A DNA stretch of 42,346 nt from an uncultured Gammaproteobacteria bacterium (GCA_965231005.1 OZ246405.1:431877-474222), one strand, 5' to 3'; positions 23,635 to 32,854 are shown, counted from the stretch's first letter. Translations and numbers: made by a program. The notes: a model not told the origin generated them from the sequence alone.

Positions 23635-23991
23635 ATGCCAAGCGCAAAAGCGAAGAACAAGAAGGATTGTTCGCTCCAAGATCTCCAGGCTGTGGATCTG
23701 ATCTGTTGGGACCCTGACACCAAGGGGCTCAAGATGAGTGGACCGGCCGGTCTGACGATCTTCTGGGGCGATGACGACAAGCGAGTCATGAGCACCTCGT
23801 ACGACGCAATGGTCGTGGTGCAGATCATGCAGGTCGTCACGGGGCAACAGTTCGTTCGTGTTCCGAACCAGCCGGTGTTCACGCCTGGTCATGTCAAGAC
23901 CGATGTCCAGTGGGAGCGCGAAGACCGACGCAAGCAGAAGGGCGACGAGCCCGAGCCGGAGCCCGAGCAGGCCGTTGGTGCGCCTGCGTAG
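23635..23991 (+). CDS. Hypothetical protein, 118 aa, high-GC orphan
   Basis: GGGGGTGagaaATG. GC-rich ORF with an acidic E/P-rich C-terminal tail. No family recognised. Confidence 0.55.
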   Translation: MPSAKAKNKKDCSLQDLQAVDLICWDPDTKGLKMSGPAGLTIFWGDDDKRVMSTSYDAMVVVQIMQVVTGQQFVRVPNQPVFTPGHVKTDVQWEREDRRKQKGDEPEPEPEQAVGAPA

Positions 23992-24020
23992 TTCACAACC
24001 AAACACAAGCAAGGGAGGCA

Positions 24021-24053
24021 AAGCCCCCGGATTCCAGTGGAAAACGGGGGCTT
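24021..24053 (+). terminator. GC-stem hairpin ending the 118-aa cassette
   Basis: AAGCCCCCG (24021-24029) pairs with CGGGGGCTT (24045-24053). The T-run lies about 12 nt further on (24065-24070). Confidence 0.5.
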
Positions 24054-24069
24054 GTCTATTGGTTATTTT

Positions 24070-24801
24070 TTATTGAGATGATAAAAATGATTCTAATGCA
24101 GGAAAATGGTCATCTCTGAAATGTAGTTTTTTCTTTATATCTACTCCTCTCAACGAATCAATTGAAACCCATTCTTGTGATGCAGTTTCATCTGATATTT
24201 CATAGGCTTTTCCATCATCAACATATACATAGTACTCACACATTTCTGATTGATCATTATTCTCAACAGGACCTTTTTTAATAAGTTTTAAATCTTTTGG
24301 ATCGATATCAACACCTTGTTCTTCTTGAAATCCACGAATTGCTGCGTCAAGGTATCCTTCTCGCACGTTTACATGTTCAGATACACTTACATCACCATGC
24401 GATGGGTACAAATCTTTTGAATCTGATCGGACAGGAACAAGTAACTCATTTTTACTATTCACAACAAAAATATTTACACCTCTGTGAAACACTCCTTGTA
24501 TTCTTTCTGGGCCATGGCATTCTTTTCTATACAAAACTAATTCATGTCCATCTACAACAATTGGCTCATCATGTTCATCAAACACTTGAAACCACTCAAA
24601 TGGTTTTTTTTCTTTTCCTTGTTTTTTTTCTAAACTATCTGTTTCGTCAAAAGACGTTGCTAACATCAGTCCATCTCCTTTTACTTCAAAGTTTAGATTT
24701 TTTCCAACATGTGCTTCAAATTCATCTCTTGTGAATTCCTTTCTTTTTTGTTCAACGTGTTCTGAATGTGGTTGTCCCTCTCCACGAATTTTTTTGCTCA
24801 T
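24070..24801 (-). CDS. Nudix-family hydrolase (IDI-like degenerate Nudix box)
   Basis: E-GYLDAAI-RGFQEEQGV fits Ex7R(E)UxEExGU with one deviation. Preceded by GVNIFVVNSKNELLVPVRS. Confidence 0.55.
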   Translation of the reverse strand: MSKKIRGEGQPHSEHVEQKRKEFTRDEFEAHVGKNLNFEVKGDGLMLATSFDETDSLEKKQGKEKKPFEWFQVFDEHDEPIVVDGHELVLYRKECHGPERIQGVFHRGVNIFVVNSKNELLVPVRSDSKDLYPSHGDVSVSEHVNVREGYLDAAIRGFQEEQGVDIDPKDLKLIKKGPVENNDQSEMCEYYVYVDDGKAYEISDETASQEWVSIDSLRGVDIKKKLHFRDDHFPALESFLSSQ

Positions 24802-24805
24802 AGTT

Positions 24806-25321
24806 TTATGTTATATCTTTTCTCAAAATAACTTTATGTTTTTGTGTTTCTTGAATTGTAAATCCATCTCTTTCCTTTGATCGCAGTGCTTGTTCATTGT
24901 CTAGCAGCACTTCTGTAGTAACATGTGTACAATTCATCTCACGTGCTTTTTCAATTCGCACATCTGTCATTTGTTTTGCAAGTCCTTTTTTTCGATCTTG
25001 CTCTCTCACTGTTAAGAGTGAAAGATACCCATTTTTTTCTCCAGGAGTTTTTTCTTGGATAGTTAATTCTCCAGTAACAACAATGTCACCCTTTTCATCT
25101 TCAATAACATAAAAAAATTTTGGTGTTCCTTCTCCTTCAATGTCTTGTAACGATTCATCAGCTTTTTGTTCAAGAAATCGTTTTTCATACTCAGAATTAC
25201 GCATGGTTAATCCATATACCTCTCTCCATGCAGTCCAAAATTTTACTAAATCCTCTTTAGAAGTTATATTGCGGGGCTTTTTGAATTTGTTCATTTCTGG
25301 GTTGAATTCACGTTCTGACAT
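24806..25321 (-). CDS. GNAT family N-acetyltransferase
   Basis: LLTVREQDRKKGLAKQM (R/Q-x-x-G-x-A motif A) in 171 aa. Confidence 0.65.
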   Translation of the reverse strand: MSEREFNPEMNKFKKPRNITSKEDLVKFWTAWREVYGLTMRNSEYEKRFLEQKADESLQDIEGEGTPKFFYVIEDEKGDIVVTGELTIQEKTPGEKNGYLSLLTVREQDRKKGLAKQMTDVRIEKAREMNCTHVTTEVLLDNEQALRSKERDGFTIQETQKHKVILRKDIT

Positions 25322-25333
25322 ATGTTAAACACA

Positions 25334-25933
25334 CTATCGCCTTAAATTATGTATAAATAGCATTAGCTTTCGCTGTATGACTTCCCAAGATTCAACTTTT
25401 CTGTAGGCATTTTCTCTAGCCCCTTTTTTATTCCATGGGTGTTGATTACGTTCTGAAATAGGGGTATCTTCAAAAGAAATTTCTTCAAATCCAAATTTTT
25501 CTAGGTCAATCATTTCAAATATATGTGATCCCATTCCAAAAATAACACCACCTACTGGCAATGCTCGTGCGGCTTCTAATGCGATAAGTGCATGATTATA
25601 ATCTGAATCTAACACCACCTTATCAATACCATTTATACTGATTACTAGTCCTTCTTGCTCGGTTGGTACATGCATTAATGTTGTAAGCATAAAGTCTGGA
25701 ACATCTATAACTCGTGTCCCGTGTTCTGTTATCTCTTCTCCAGCATCATCTCGTAAGTTTGGATCAACTCGTAGTAGCGTTTTTACTCCTGTTGTATTTG
25801 CAACATCTACCATATATCTATTTTCTTTGTACCCACTTCCAAGATCAACAAGTGTTTTTCCTTTTAATTCTGCTTTCAAAAATTCTGTCACTCTTTCCGC
25901 TTTTCTGTAGTTTCGCTGAATGCATTTGACCAA
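25334..25933 (-). CDS. Putative SAM-dependent methyltransferase-fold protein
   Basis: GKTLVDLGSG glycine-rich motif I. The true start may be the GTG at 25891, giving a 4-nt GTGA overlap with the upstream stop. Confidence 0.45.
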   Translation of the reverse strand: MVKCIQRNYRKAERVTEFLKAELKGKTLVDLGSGYKENRYMVDVANTTGVKTLLRVDPNLRDDAGEEITEHGTRVIDVPDFMLTTLMHVPTEQEGLVISINGIDKVVLDSDYNHALIALEAARALPVGGVIFGMGSHIFEMIDLEKFGFEEISFEDTPISERNQHPWNKKGARENAYRKVESWEVIQRKLMLFIHNLRR

Positions 25934-26469
25934 TGTCTTGAATATTCATCTGAAAGATACGTTCTATCTTGTTGTTGTCTTAGTAAAAGTGCCTTGGCAA
26001 GATTATCTCCTGAATACTTTTGTCCCTCCATTGTTTTTTGCCAATTAAATGCAGATTGGGATCTGTATGTTCCGCGCATGATTTTATACACTGAATCTAG
26101 TGTTTTCATCCCCCTGCATACTTTGCCAAAGGTAGCTTGAAAGATTCTATCCATATCATCTCCGCGCAAACCTCCCCAACGTTTGTCTGGGTTTCCTTCT
26201 GGGAAATTATGACCATGTTTATTTAAATGTGCTGCTGTATCTGCGTAAAATTTATTTTTCTCTTCTTCAAATTTTTGTCTTCCTTCTGGATCAGAGGTAT
26301 CATTTCCATATCCCCGTATTGGATAGGTATTATCTAATGGCAAACGAAAAGACAGCCATTGATCAAGAGTCTCAGCAGTGATTTCTGGTTTTGGCTGTTT
26401 TTGTTCTACAGTTTTTTTAGAAGGATCGTGTTGCACACCTCCTTCACGACCTGGTTTTTTTCTCGCCAT
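25888..26469 (-). CDS. Hypothetical protein (193 aa)
   Basis: The ATG at 26469 (MARKKPGREGG) avoids overlap with xth. No family recognised. Confidence 0.5.
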   Translation of the reverse strand: MARKKPGREGGVQHDPSKKTVEQKQPKPEITAETLDQWLSFRLPLDNTYPIRGYGNDTSDPEGRQKFEEEKNKFYADTAAHLNKHGHNFPEGNPDKRWGGLRGDDMDRIFQATFGKVCRGMKTLDSVYKIMRGTYRSQSAFNWQKTMEGQKYSGDNLAKALLLRQQQDRTYLSDEYSRHWSNAFSETTEKRKE

Positions 26470-26473
26470 ATGA

Positions 26474-27283
26474 TTACATTTCAATTTCAATTCCAACAGG
26501 GCAGTGATCAGACCCCATAACTTTTGGATAAATATTTGCCTCAACCACGCGTTTTTTTAGACTTTCAGAAACAAAGAAATAATCAATCCGCCAGCCAACA
26601 TTACGCTCTCTTGCTCCTCCCCAATGAGACCACCATGTATACAAGTCAGGCTTGTCTCCTTTTTTCAATCGAAGCGTATCTACAAAGCCAGCTTTTATAA
26701 TATTATCAATTCCTTCACGCTCTTCATCTGTAAATCCTTTTTTCCCGACATTTGCTTTTGGACGTGCAAGATCAATTTCTTTATGCGCCACATTTAAGTC
26801 TCCACAAAAAATTACAGGTTTCTTTTTTTCAAGTGCCTTGCAATGTTTCAAAAATAATGGATCCCACACTTTGTGGCGCAGCCTCAGTCGAGAAAGATCA
26901 TCTTTTGCATTTGGCGTGTACACTGTGACAACATAATACTTTTCAAATTCTAACGTTAACACTCGACCTTCAGAACTGACTTCACGTCCTTGATCATCCA
27001 TGATCTTTTTTTTCTTTTGAACTTCTGGAAGAAAATCATTGATAATTGAAAGTGGTTTTATTTTTGTAAAAATTGCAGTTCCAGAATATCCTTTTTTTTC
27101 TGCAGAGTTCCAATACTCCTCATAATCTGGCAAATCAATTTCAACTTGATTTCGGTTTGCTTTTGTTTCTTGCAAACACAAAATATCTGGCTTATATTTT
27201 TTTATAAATGGAAGAAATGTGTTCTTTCGAATGCCAGCTCGAATACCGTTTACATTCCAACACATGATGGTTGTTTTTTTCAT
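26474..27283 (-). CDS. xth: Exodeoxyribonuclease III
   Basis: N-terminal WNVNGIRA, LCLQETK, GDLNVAH and C-terminal SDHCPV, typical of the EEP-fold ExoIII/APE family. Confidence 0.9.
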   Translation of the reverse strand: MKKTTIMCWNVNGIRAGIRKNTFLPFIKKYKPDILCLQETKANRNQVEIDLPDYEEYWNSAEKKGYSGTAIFTKIKPLSIINDFLPEVQKKKKIMDDQGREVSSEGRVLTLEFEKYYVVTVYTPNAKDDLSRLRLRHKVWDPLFLKHCKALEKKKPVIFCGDLNVAHKEIDLARPKANVGKKGFTDEEREGIDNIIKAGFVDTLRLKKGDKPDLYTWWSHWGGARERNVGWRIDYFFVSESLKKRVVEANIYPKVMGSDHCPVGIEIEM

Positions 27284-27415
27284 AATGTATATCTATTGTA
27301 ATGTGGATTAAGCATATCATATCACAAATGCGAAACTATCCACAGTGCTATTTACTTGCATTTTTTTTAGACTATGGTATAGTTTTCTGCATAAAAAATA
27401 AACAAAAAAATACAT

Positions 27416-27700
27416 ATGTCAGACGAGCAATTTGAGCAAATAAAAACAGCTGTTCTCTCACACATGAGATCAGTATTTGAGCAAATGGAAGAAGAGGCTC
27501 ACATGTCTCACGAAGAAAAGTATGCACTGCTTGAAGATGTGCTGGAACAAGCAACAGATCACGACGAGCTTCGTGTTGCTTTTGAGCAATGGTACAAAGA
27601 TCATGCAGATAATCTTGAATTAGAATTTGCGTCTGACGAATTATGGGATCATGCTATCAATAAAGACGAGTCAGAAGAGGATGAAGAGGGTGAATGGTAA
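27416..27700 (+). CDS. Small acidic hypothetical protein (94 aa)
   Basis: Intact ORF with host composition. No family recognised. Confidence 0.4.
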   Translation: MSDEQFEQIKTAVLSHMRSVFEQMEEEAHMSHEEKYALLEDVLEQATDHDELRVAFEQWYKDHADNLELEFASDELWDHAINKDESEEDEEGEW

Positions 27701-27805
27701 AAAAAGGCTGTAAAAGCCGTAAATGCTAAAAAAGCCATAAAGGCTTTTTTAAATTTGCTTCTATGGCTTTTAGGGCCTTTAGAGCCTTTTAGGCCTTTTA
27801 AAAAA
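27699..27805. repeat. 9-bp-periodic inverted-arm repeat, full copy F (short spacer)
   Basis: Left arm AAAAAGGC TGTAAAAGC CGTAAATGC TAAAAAAGC CATAAAGGC. 12-nt spacer. Right arm ATGGCTTTT AGGGCCTTT AGAGCCTTTT AGGCCTTTT. Confidence 0.85.
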
Positions 27806-27808
27806 TAC

Positions 27809-27837
27809 TTGCACGTGTGGTCTTTTTGTTGTATATT
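27809..27837 (+). promoter_or_regulatory. Sigma70-type promoter of the fbp-aldolase-gap block
   Basis: TTGCAC (27809-27814), 17-nt spacer, TATATT (27832-27837), 4 nt downstream of repeat F. Confidence 0.5.
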
Positions 27838-27894
27838 GGTGATGCGTTTATTTTGATTTTTAGCTCGAAAAACGCTTAAAAATTACCATATAGT

Positions 27895-28869
27895 ATGACT
27901 TCACCCCAGTCACTTTCTCAGTTTTTACTAACACATTTAGCAGATCATGCAGAGTCAAAAGAGCTCGTCATGATTATGAGTGATTTAGCTCAAATTGGAA
28001 AAACAATATCTCGACAAACAAACAAAGCTGGCCTTGTTGGAATTTTAGGAGCTGCTGGTACAACAAATATTCAAGAAGAAGAGGTCCAAAAATTTGATGT
28101 CTTTGCAAATGATTTGTGCAAAGAAACGTTGAAATATAGTGAGCATGTTGCTGCCCTTGCGAGCGAAGAAGAGGATACAGTTGTAGACATGTCAGAGCAT
28201 GGAAGCAATGCATCGTATGTTATTGCGTTTGATCCGTTAGATGGTTCAACAAACATTGATGTAAATGTAAGTATTGGAACAATTTTTTCAGTATATAAAA
28301 AACGTGAAGATGTTGAGCGAACAGACGAAGCACAGTTTTTTCAAAAAGGAAAAAATCAAGTCTTGGCTGGCTACATATTATATGGATCAAGCACAGTCTT
28401 GGTTTTTAGTTTTGGTGATGGGGTTCATGAATTTACTCTTGATCCTGATACAAAAGATTTTTATCTTTCAAATGAACGAATTACTATTCCAGATGCAAGT
28501 CCGTACTACAGTTTAAATGAGAAAAATATGCAGTACATGAGTGAGAAGGATCAGAAGTTTGTCGAAAGCTTGAAAAAGAAATCAGGCGGAAGGTATATTG
28601 GATCACTTGTTGCAGATGTTCACCGTACCCTTCTCAAGGGTGGTGTGTTTCTCTATCCTGCTACAGATAAAAAAGGTACAGGTGAGTTTAAAGGAAAGCT
28701 TCGATTGAATTATGAGTTGAATGTTATGGCATTTCTTATTGAACAAGCAGGGGGCTTGGCAATAGATGGAAAACAGTCTATACTCGAGATCGAGCCAACA
28801 AGCCTCCATCAGAGAGTTCCATTTATTGCAGGGACTAAAAAAACTATTGAAGAATATTTAAATATATAA
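27895..28869 (+). CDS. fbp: Fructose-1,6-bisphosphatase class 1
   Basis: DPLDGSTNID metal-binding motif, GSSTVLV, YIGSLVADVHRTLLKGGVF. Confidence 0.9.
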   Translation: MTSPQSLSQFLLTHLADHAESKELVMIMSDLAQIGKTISRQTNKAGLVGILGAAGTTNIQEEEVQKFDVFANDLCKETLKYSEHVAALASEEEDTVVDMSEHGSNASYVIAFDPLDGSTNIDVNVSIGTIFSVYKKREDVERTDEAQFFQKGKNQVLAGYILYGSSTVLVFSFGDGVHEFTLDPDTKDFYLSNERITIPDASPYYSLNEKNMQYMSEKDQKFVESLKKKSGGRYIGSLVADVHRTLLKGGVFLYPATDKKGTGEFKGKLRLNYELNVMAFLIEQAGGLAIDGKQSILEIEPTSLHQRVPFIAGTKKTIEEYLNI

Positions 28870-28871
28870 AT

Positions 28872-30284
28872 ATGGCAAATGAATTTTATAAAGATTTAGA
28901 TTCAGTACAAGCAATTGGTGATCTTGTTTCACAAGTCTGTGATATTCAAGGGGAGGCAATTGCATCAATTACAGATTCTCAAAAGTTACAAGATGAAGTC
29001 ATTTACACACTTCAATTTAATGCAAGTGTAAATGAACATGAAGAAGTAAAACAAGCCGCTATTGCATGGATTAATAAGATTGCAAATGCAATGCACATTG
29101 AATCAGCATCAAATGTGGATTATTACGGCAAAAAAGCATCAGGAGAACATCAGTTTTTTACTGTTCCTGCGGTCAATAGTCGAATGGTAACATTTCACAC
29201 TGTTCGGTCAGCGGCACGCGCTGCAAACGACCTTGGTCTCCCTCATCTCATTCTCGAATTAGCACTCAGTGAAGTTGGATATACGGGGCAACAAAAGGAT
29301 GAATATGGGGCACTTGTAAAAGCTGCGTACATTTCTCTTGGAATGGAAAACACAAAAATTTATCTACAGGCAGATCATTATCAACTTGATCCAAAAAAAT
29401 ATGCTGCAGATGCAGACAAAGAATTGCAACGTATTAAAGATGCAATTACAAAAGCACTTGAAAATGGTGTGTACAATATTGATATTGATGCTTCAAAATT
29501 TGAAACAGCAGACCCAAATAAATCTGATAGAGAAAACCAAGCAGAAAATGCACGACTTACAGCTGAATTATTTCACTTTATTCGTACATATGAAAAAGAA
29601 CATCAGCTTCCAGTTGTTGTAAGTATTGGTGGAGAAGTCGGAGAAGTTGGTGGTGAAAATACAAAGTACCCGCAAGTAAACGCATACTTGGACATGTTGC
29701 ATGAACATGCAACAACACATGGAACAGGAAGTGAAAAGGGACTTAGTAAAGTGAGTATCAATGTTGGTTCAGCACACGGAGGTGTTCTTGGTCCAGATGG
29801 GCAACCACTCGATGTGGTCCCAATTGATTTTACTGCACATCATGATTTATACATGCTTGGGAAAGATCCTATGGCAGAAGGAAAACATGTATTAGCCGTA
29901 CAACATGGTGCATCAACATTGCCAAAGAAGTATTTTTCATTATTTCCTGCAATGCATGTTGCAGAAATTCATCTTGCAACTGGTTTCCAAAATGTGATTT
30001 GGTCAACACTTGAAACGCATGATACAGCATTGTTTGAAAAAATGAAGTCAATGGTACATGAAAAATTTGGTGAAAAAATTGCAGCACATAAAACAGAAGC
30101 GATTGGATTTATGAAAGAGCGAAAACGTATTACAGAATTTGTTAAAAAAGAATTATTGCTTTCAGATGCACTTCCTGAAATAGAAAAAGAATTAGAAAAA
30201 GAATTTACAACCATCTTCCATTCATTGTTCAATCTCCTTCAACCAAAGGCAGGAATCGTTGTTGAGGGTGATCGCTCTGATTAA
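28872..30284 (+). CDS. Class II fructose-bisphosphate aldolase-like protein (long, 470 aa)
   Basis: Segments parallel class II FBA blocks: FTVPAVN, LQADHY (LDH-like), NIDIDAS, GGEVGEVGG, NVGSAHG, VQHGASTLP. N- and C-terminal extensions are unusual. Confidence 0.55.
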   Translation: MANEFYKDLDSVQAIGDLVSQVCDIQGEAIASITDSQKLQDEVIYTLQFNASVNEHEEVKQAAIAWINKIANAMHIESASNVDYYGKKASGEHQFFTVPAVNSRMVTFHTVRSAARAANDLGLPHLILELALSEVGYTGQQKDEYGALVKAAYISLGMENTKIYLQADHYQLDPKKYAADADKELQRIKDAITKALENGVYNIDIDASKFETADPNKSDRENQAENARLTAELFHFIRTYEKEHQLPVVVSIGGEVGEVGGENTKYPQVNAYLDMLHEHATTHGTGSEKGLSKVSINVGSAHGGVLGPDGQPLDVVPIDFTAHHDLYMLGKDPMAEGKHVLAVQHGASTLPKKYFSLFPAMHVAEIHLATGFQNVIWSTLETHDTALFEKMKSMVHEKFGEKIAAHKTEAIGFMKERKRITEFVKKELLLSDALPEIEKELEKEFTTIFHSLFNLLQPKAGIVVEGDRSD

Positions 30285-30306
30285 CATCAACTAATTACTA
30301 TTACAT

Positions 30307-31326
30307 ATGAAACCAATCCGTATTGCGATTAATGGTTTTGGCCGCATCGGTCGTATTTTAACTAGACAAATTTGGGATAATCCTGCTTTTGAAATTGTTG
30401 CAGTAAATAGTCGTTCAAATGCAGATATATACGCCCATTTACTTAAATTTGATTCTATTTATAATCGTTGGGATAAAAATGTCACTTACGAAGACAATGA
30501 TTCAATCATTATTGACGGAAAAAAACTTCCGTTTCATCATGTAAATGGTGTTGAAGAAACACCATGGGCACAGTACGGTGTTGATATTGTTATTGAGTCA
30601 ACAGGAGTATTCAAAGACAGAGAATCATGTGAAAAGCATCTTGCTGCAGGAGCAAAATATGTTGTGGTAAGTGCACCAGCAAAAGATGAAGATATTACCA
30701 TGATTTATGGAATTAATCATGAGTTATTTGATCCAGCAAAACATAAGATTATTTCTTCTGCTTCATGTACCACGACCTGTCTTGCACCACTGGTAAAAGT
30801 ATTGCAAAAATCATTTGGTATTAAGCATGGAACACTTATGACAACACATGCGTTTACCAATGACCAACATCTTGTAGATCATCCACACAAAAATAAAAGT
30901 TTTCGTCGTGCACGTGCAGCATCTCTTTCGATTGTCCCAACATCAACTGGTGCTGCAAAGGCAATTGGAAAAGTTATTCCAGAAGTAAATGGCATCCTCG
31001 ATGGAAATGCGCTTCGTGTACCAGTGCCAGTTCCATCTATTGTAAGTTTTATTGCAGAAGTTGAAAAAGAAACAAACAGAGATGAAGTAAATGATGTATT
31101 TAAAAAAGCGGCAAGAGAAGAGTTTTCAGAAACATTGAATACATGTGATATTGGACTTGTTTCTCAAGACTATATCGGTTCTCAATTTGCAGCAACCGTT
31201 GATACCCTTTCTACACTTGTTACAGACAATACGCAAGTATTTGTGCAGGCATGGTATGACAATGAGTGGGGGTATGTGCATCAAATGTCTAAACTGTTGC
31301 GCCACATTGGATCAAAGATTATTTAA
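30307..31326 (+). CDS. gap: Glyceraldehyde-3-phosphate dehydrogenase, type I
   Basis: INGFGRIGR NAD motif, SASCTTTCLAP active site, WYDNEWGY. Confidence 0.95.
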   Translation: MKPIRIAINGFGRIGRILTRQIWDNPAFEIVAVNSRSNADIYAHLLKFDSIYNRWDKNVTYEDNDSIIIDGKKLPFHHVNGVEETPWAQYGVDIVIESTGVFKDRESCEKHLAAGAKYVVVSAPAKDEDITMIYGINHELFDPAKHKIISSASCTTTCLAPLVKVLQKSFGIKHGTLMTTHAFTNDQHLVDHPHKNKSFRRARAASLSIVPTSTGAAKAIGKVIPEVNGILDGNALRVPVPVPSIVSFIAEVEKETNRDEVNDVFKKAAREEFSETLNTCDIGLVSQDYIGSQFAATVDTLSTLVTDNTQVFVQAWYDNEWGYVHQMSKLLRHIGSKII

Positions 31327-31333
31327 TATTTTT

Positions 31334-31846
31334 ATGAATGATATTGTAAAAAAATACTATAATAAGAGTGAAGGGGAAGTGCATCTTAATTGGCGAGATG
31401 TGGAAGAATCTGCAGGAAGAATAGTTACTCACATGCGAGAAGACAATTTTGTTCCTGATATTATTATTTCTATTGCGCGTTCTGGACTTATTCCTGCATC
31501 ACTTATTTCTTATGCAATTGGAAATAAAGAGTTGTATGTAATCAAAATGGATTTTTCAAATTCTCAAAAAGTTGGGAGTGATCAAGACATGAGAAAGAAA
31601 CCAAAAATTTCTCAAGAGCTGACAAAAGATATTGGGGGACTTAAAGTATTGGTTGTCGATGAAATGGTTGTGTCTGGTGCAACACTACAAACAGTAAGTA
31701 CGTATCTTGATATGAAGGATACTGCAGAAGTAAAGTACTGTGTCCTCTACAAACAGCCATGGTCTGAATTTCAGCCAGATTACTATGGAGCAGAAGTTCG
31801 GCAATGGCCAATTTTTCCTTGGAAGCGATTGAAAGAAGTGTATTAG
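31334..31846 (+). CDS. Purine phosphoribosyltransferase (Gpt/Xpt-like)
   Basis: PRPP motif VLVVDEMVVSGATL, ISIARSGLIP, C-terminal W.IFPW as in Gpt-type enzymes. The ATG at 31334 is used; the track start 31145 overlaps gap. Confidence 0.65.
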   Translation: MNDIVKKYYNKSEGEVHLNWRDVEESAGRIVTHMREDNFVPDIIISIARSGLIPASLISYAIGNKELYVIKMDFSNSQKVGSDQDMRKKPKISQELTKDIGGLKVLVVDEMVVSGATLQTVSTYLDMKDTAEVKYCVLYKQPWSEFQPDYYGAEVRQWPIFPWKRLKEVY

Positions 31847-31854
31847 ATAGTAAG

Positions 31855-31880
31855 CAGGCCCAAGTGGCCTGTTTTATTTT
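31855..31880 (+). terminator. Rho-independent terminator after the PRTase gene
   Basis: CAGGCC-CAAGT-GGCCTG followed by TTTTATTTTT. Confidence 0.7.
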
Positions 31881-31896
31881 TGCCACTTATCCACAG

Positions 31897-31942
31897 AAAC
31901 TGTCGAAAAAAAATTGACAGTTTCATATACTGTGATATCCTT
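31897..31942 (+). promoter_or_regulatory. trmB-like gene promoter region with an inverted repeat over the -35
   Basis: AAACTGTC (31897-31904) and GACAGTTT (31916-31923) flank and overlap TTGACA (31914-31919). The -10 is uncertain (TATCCT at 31936-31941 with a 16-nt spacer). Confidence 0.4.
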
Positions 31943-31959
31943 ATAAGTAAGCGAAAAAT

Positions 31960-32694
31960 ATGGATATTTCAGCCCTTAAAAAATTAGGATTTTCTGACAA
32001 AAGTGCCAAGGTTTATCTGGCGCTTTTGGGTTTGGGGCCAAGTTCTGTGCGAAGTTTAGCCGAATTTTGTGAGCTGAATCGAGGAACCACCTATGATGCG
32101 CTTAAATGGCTTCAGGACGAAGGTGTGGTGAGTTATTATCAAAAGGAGAAAAAGCAGTTTTTTGTAGCAGAACACCCAGAAAAACTAAAGACAATGGTGA
32201 GAAATAGAGAAGAAGAGCTTGGGAGGATTGACCGAACATTAGATAAAATGATCCCAGAATTGCAAGCCCTTCATGACACAGGCGGAAATAGACCAGTTGC
32301 TCGTTACTTTAGTAAAAAAGAAATTACACAGATTCTAGAAGATATCTTAGATACATGTGAAGAGTCTGAAGAGCGCATGTATAGAGTCTACTCATCAGAG
32401 GGACTACGAGAGCAATTGTATGAAGGTTTCCAAACATTTAGTGATGTTCGTGTTGCAAAAGACATTGCAGTAAAAGTTATTGCTATTGGAGAAGGTGGAG
32501 AACTACGTGGACTAGATGAAAGAAAATGGCTTGCTGTAAATAATGAAACACCAACATACATTATTATTTATCCAGGAAAGACTGCATACGTTTCATTGAA
32601 TGCAAAACAAGAACCAATTGGTGTTGTGATTGAAAATGATGGTGTGTACGAAACACAGAAACAAATTTTTGATACATTATGGAAGACACTTTAA
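31960..32694 (+). CDS. TrmB-family transcriptional regulator
   Basis: N-terminal wHTH LGFSDKSAKVYLALLGLGPSSVRSLAEFCELNRGTTYDALKWLQDEGVV, typical of the TrmB family. Confidence 0.7.
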   Translation: MDISALKKLGFSDKSAKVYLALLGLGPSSVRSLAEFCELNRGTTYDALKWLQDEGVVSYYQKEKKQFFVAEHPEKLKTMVRNREEELGRIDRTLDKMIPELQALHDTGGNRPVARYFSKKEITQILEDILDTCEESEERMYRVYSSEGLREQLYEGFQTFSDVRVAKDIAVKVIAIGEGGELRGLDERKWLAVNNETPTYIIIYPGKTAYVSLNAKQEPIGVVIENDGVYETQKQIFDTLWKTL

Positions 32695-32695
32695 A

Positions 32696-32779
32696 TAGAA
32701 CACAGATTTAACAGATCAAACGGATTGGAACGGATTTGATCTGCGAAAATCTTAGATAATCCTGGAAATCTGTGTTCTA
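32696..32779 (+). other. 84-nt nested inverted-repeat structure (candidate structured RNA or protein-binding site)
   Basis: The outer perfect 14-bp IR is TAGAACACAGATTT (32696-32709) / AAATCTGTGTTCTA (32766-32779). The inner 9-bp stem is CAGATCAAA (32712-32720) / TTTGATCTG (32735-32743). No U-run follows. Confidence 0.5.
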
Positions 32780-32802
32780 TCTAACAGAGGAATAATTAAT
32801 AT

Positions 32803-32850
32803 GGTTTGCTTTTATGGCATTTAAAGCCTTTAAAGCATTTTCAGCCTTTT
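32803..32850. repeat. 9-bp-periodic repeat family, half copy G (GCCTTT-orientation arm only)
   Basis: TGGTTTGCT TTTATGGCA TTTAAAGCC TTTAAAGCA TTTTCAGCC TTTT, ending 5 nt before the HAD ATG. Confidence 0.75.
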
Positions 32851-32854
32851 ATAT

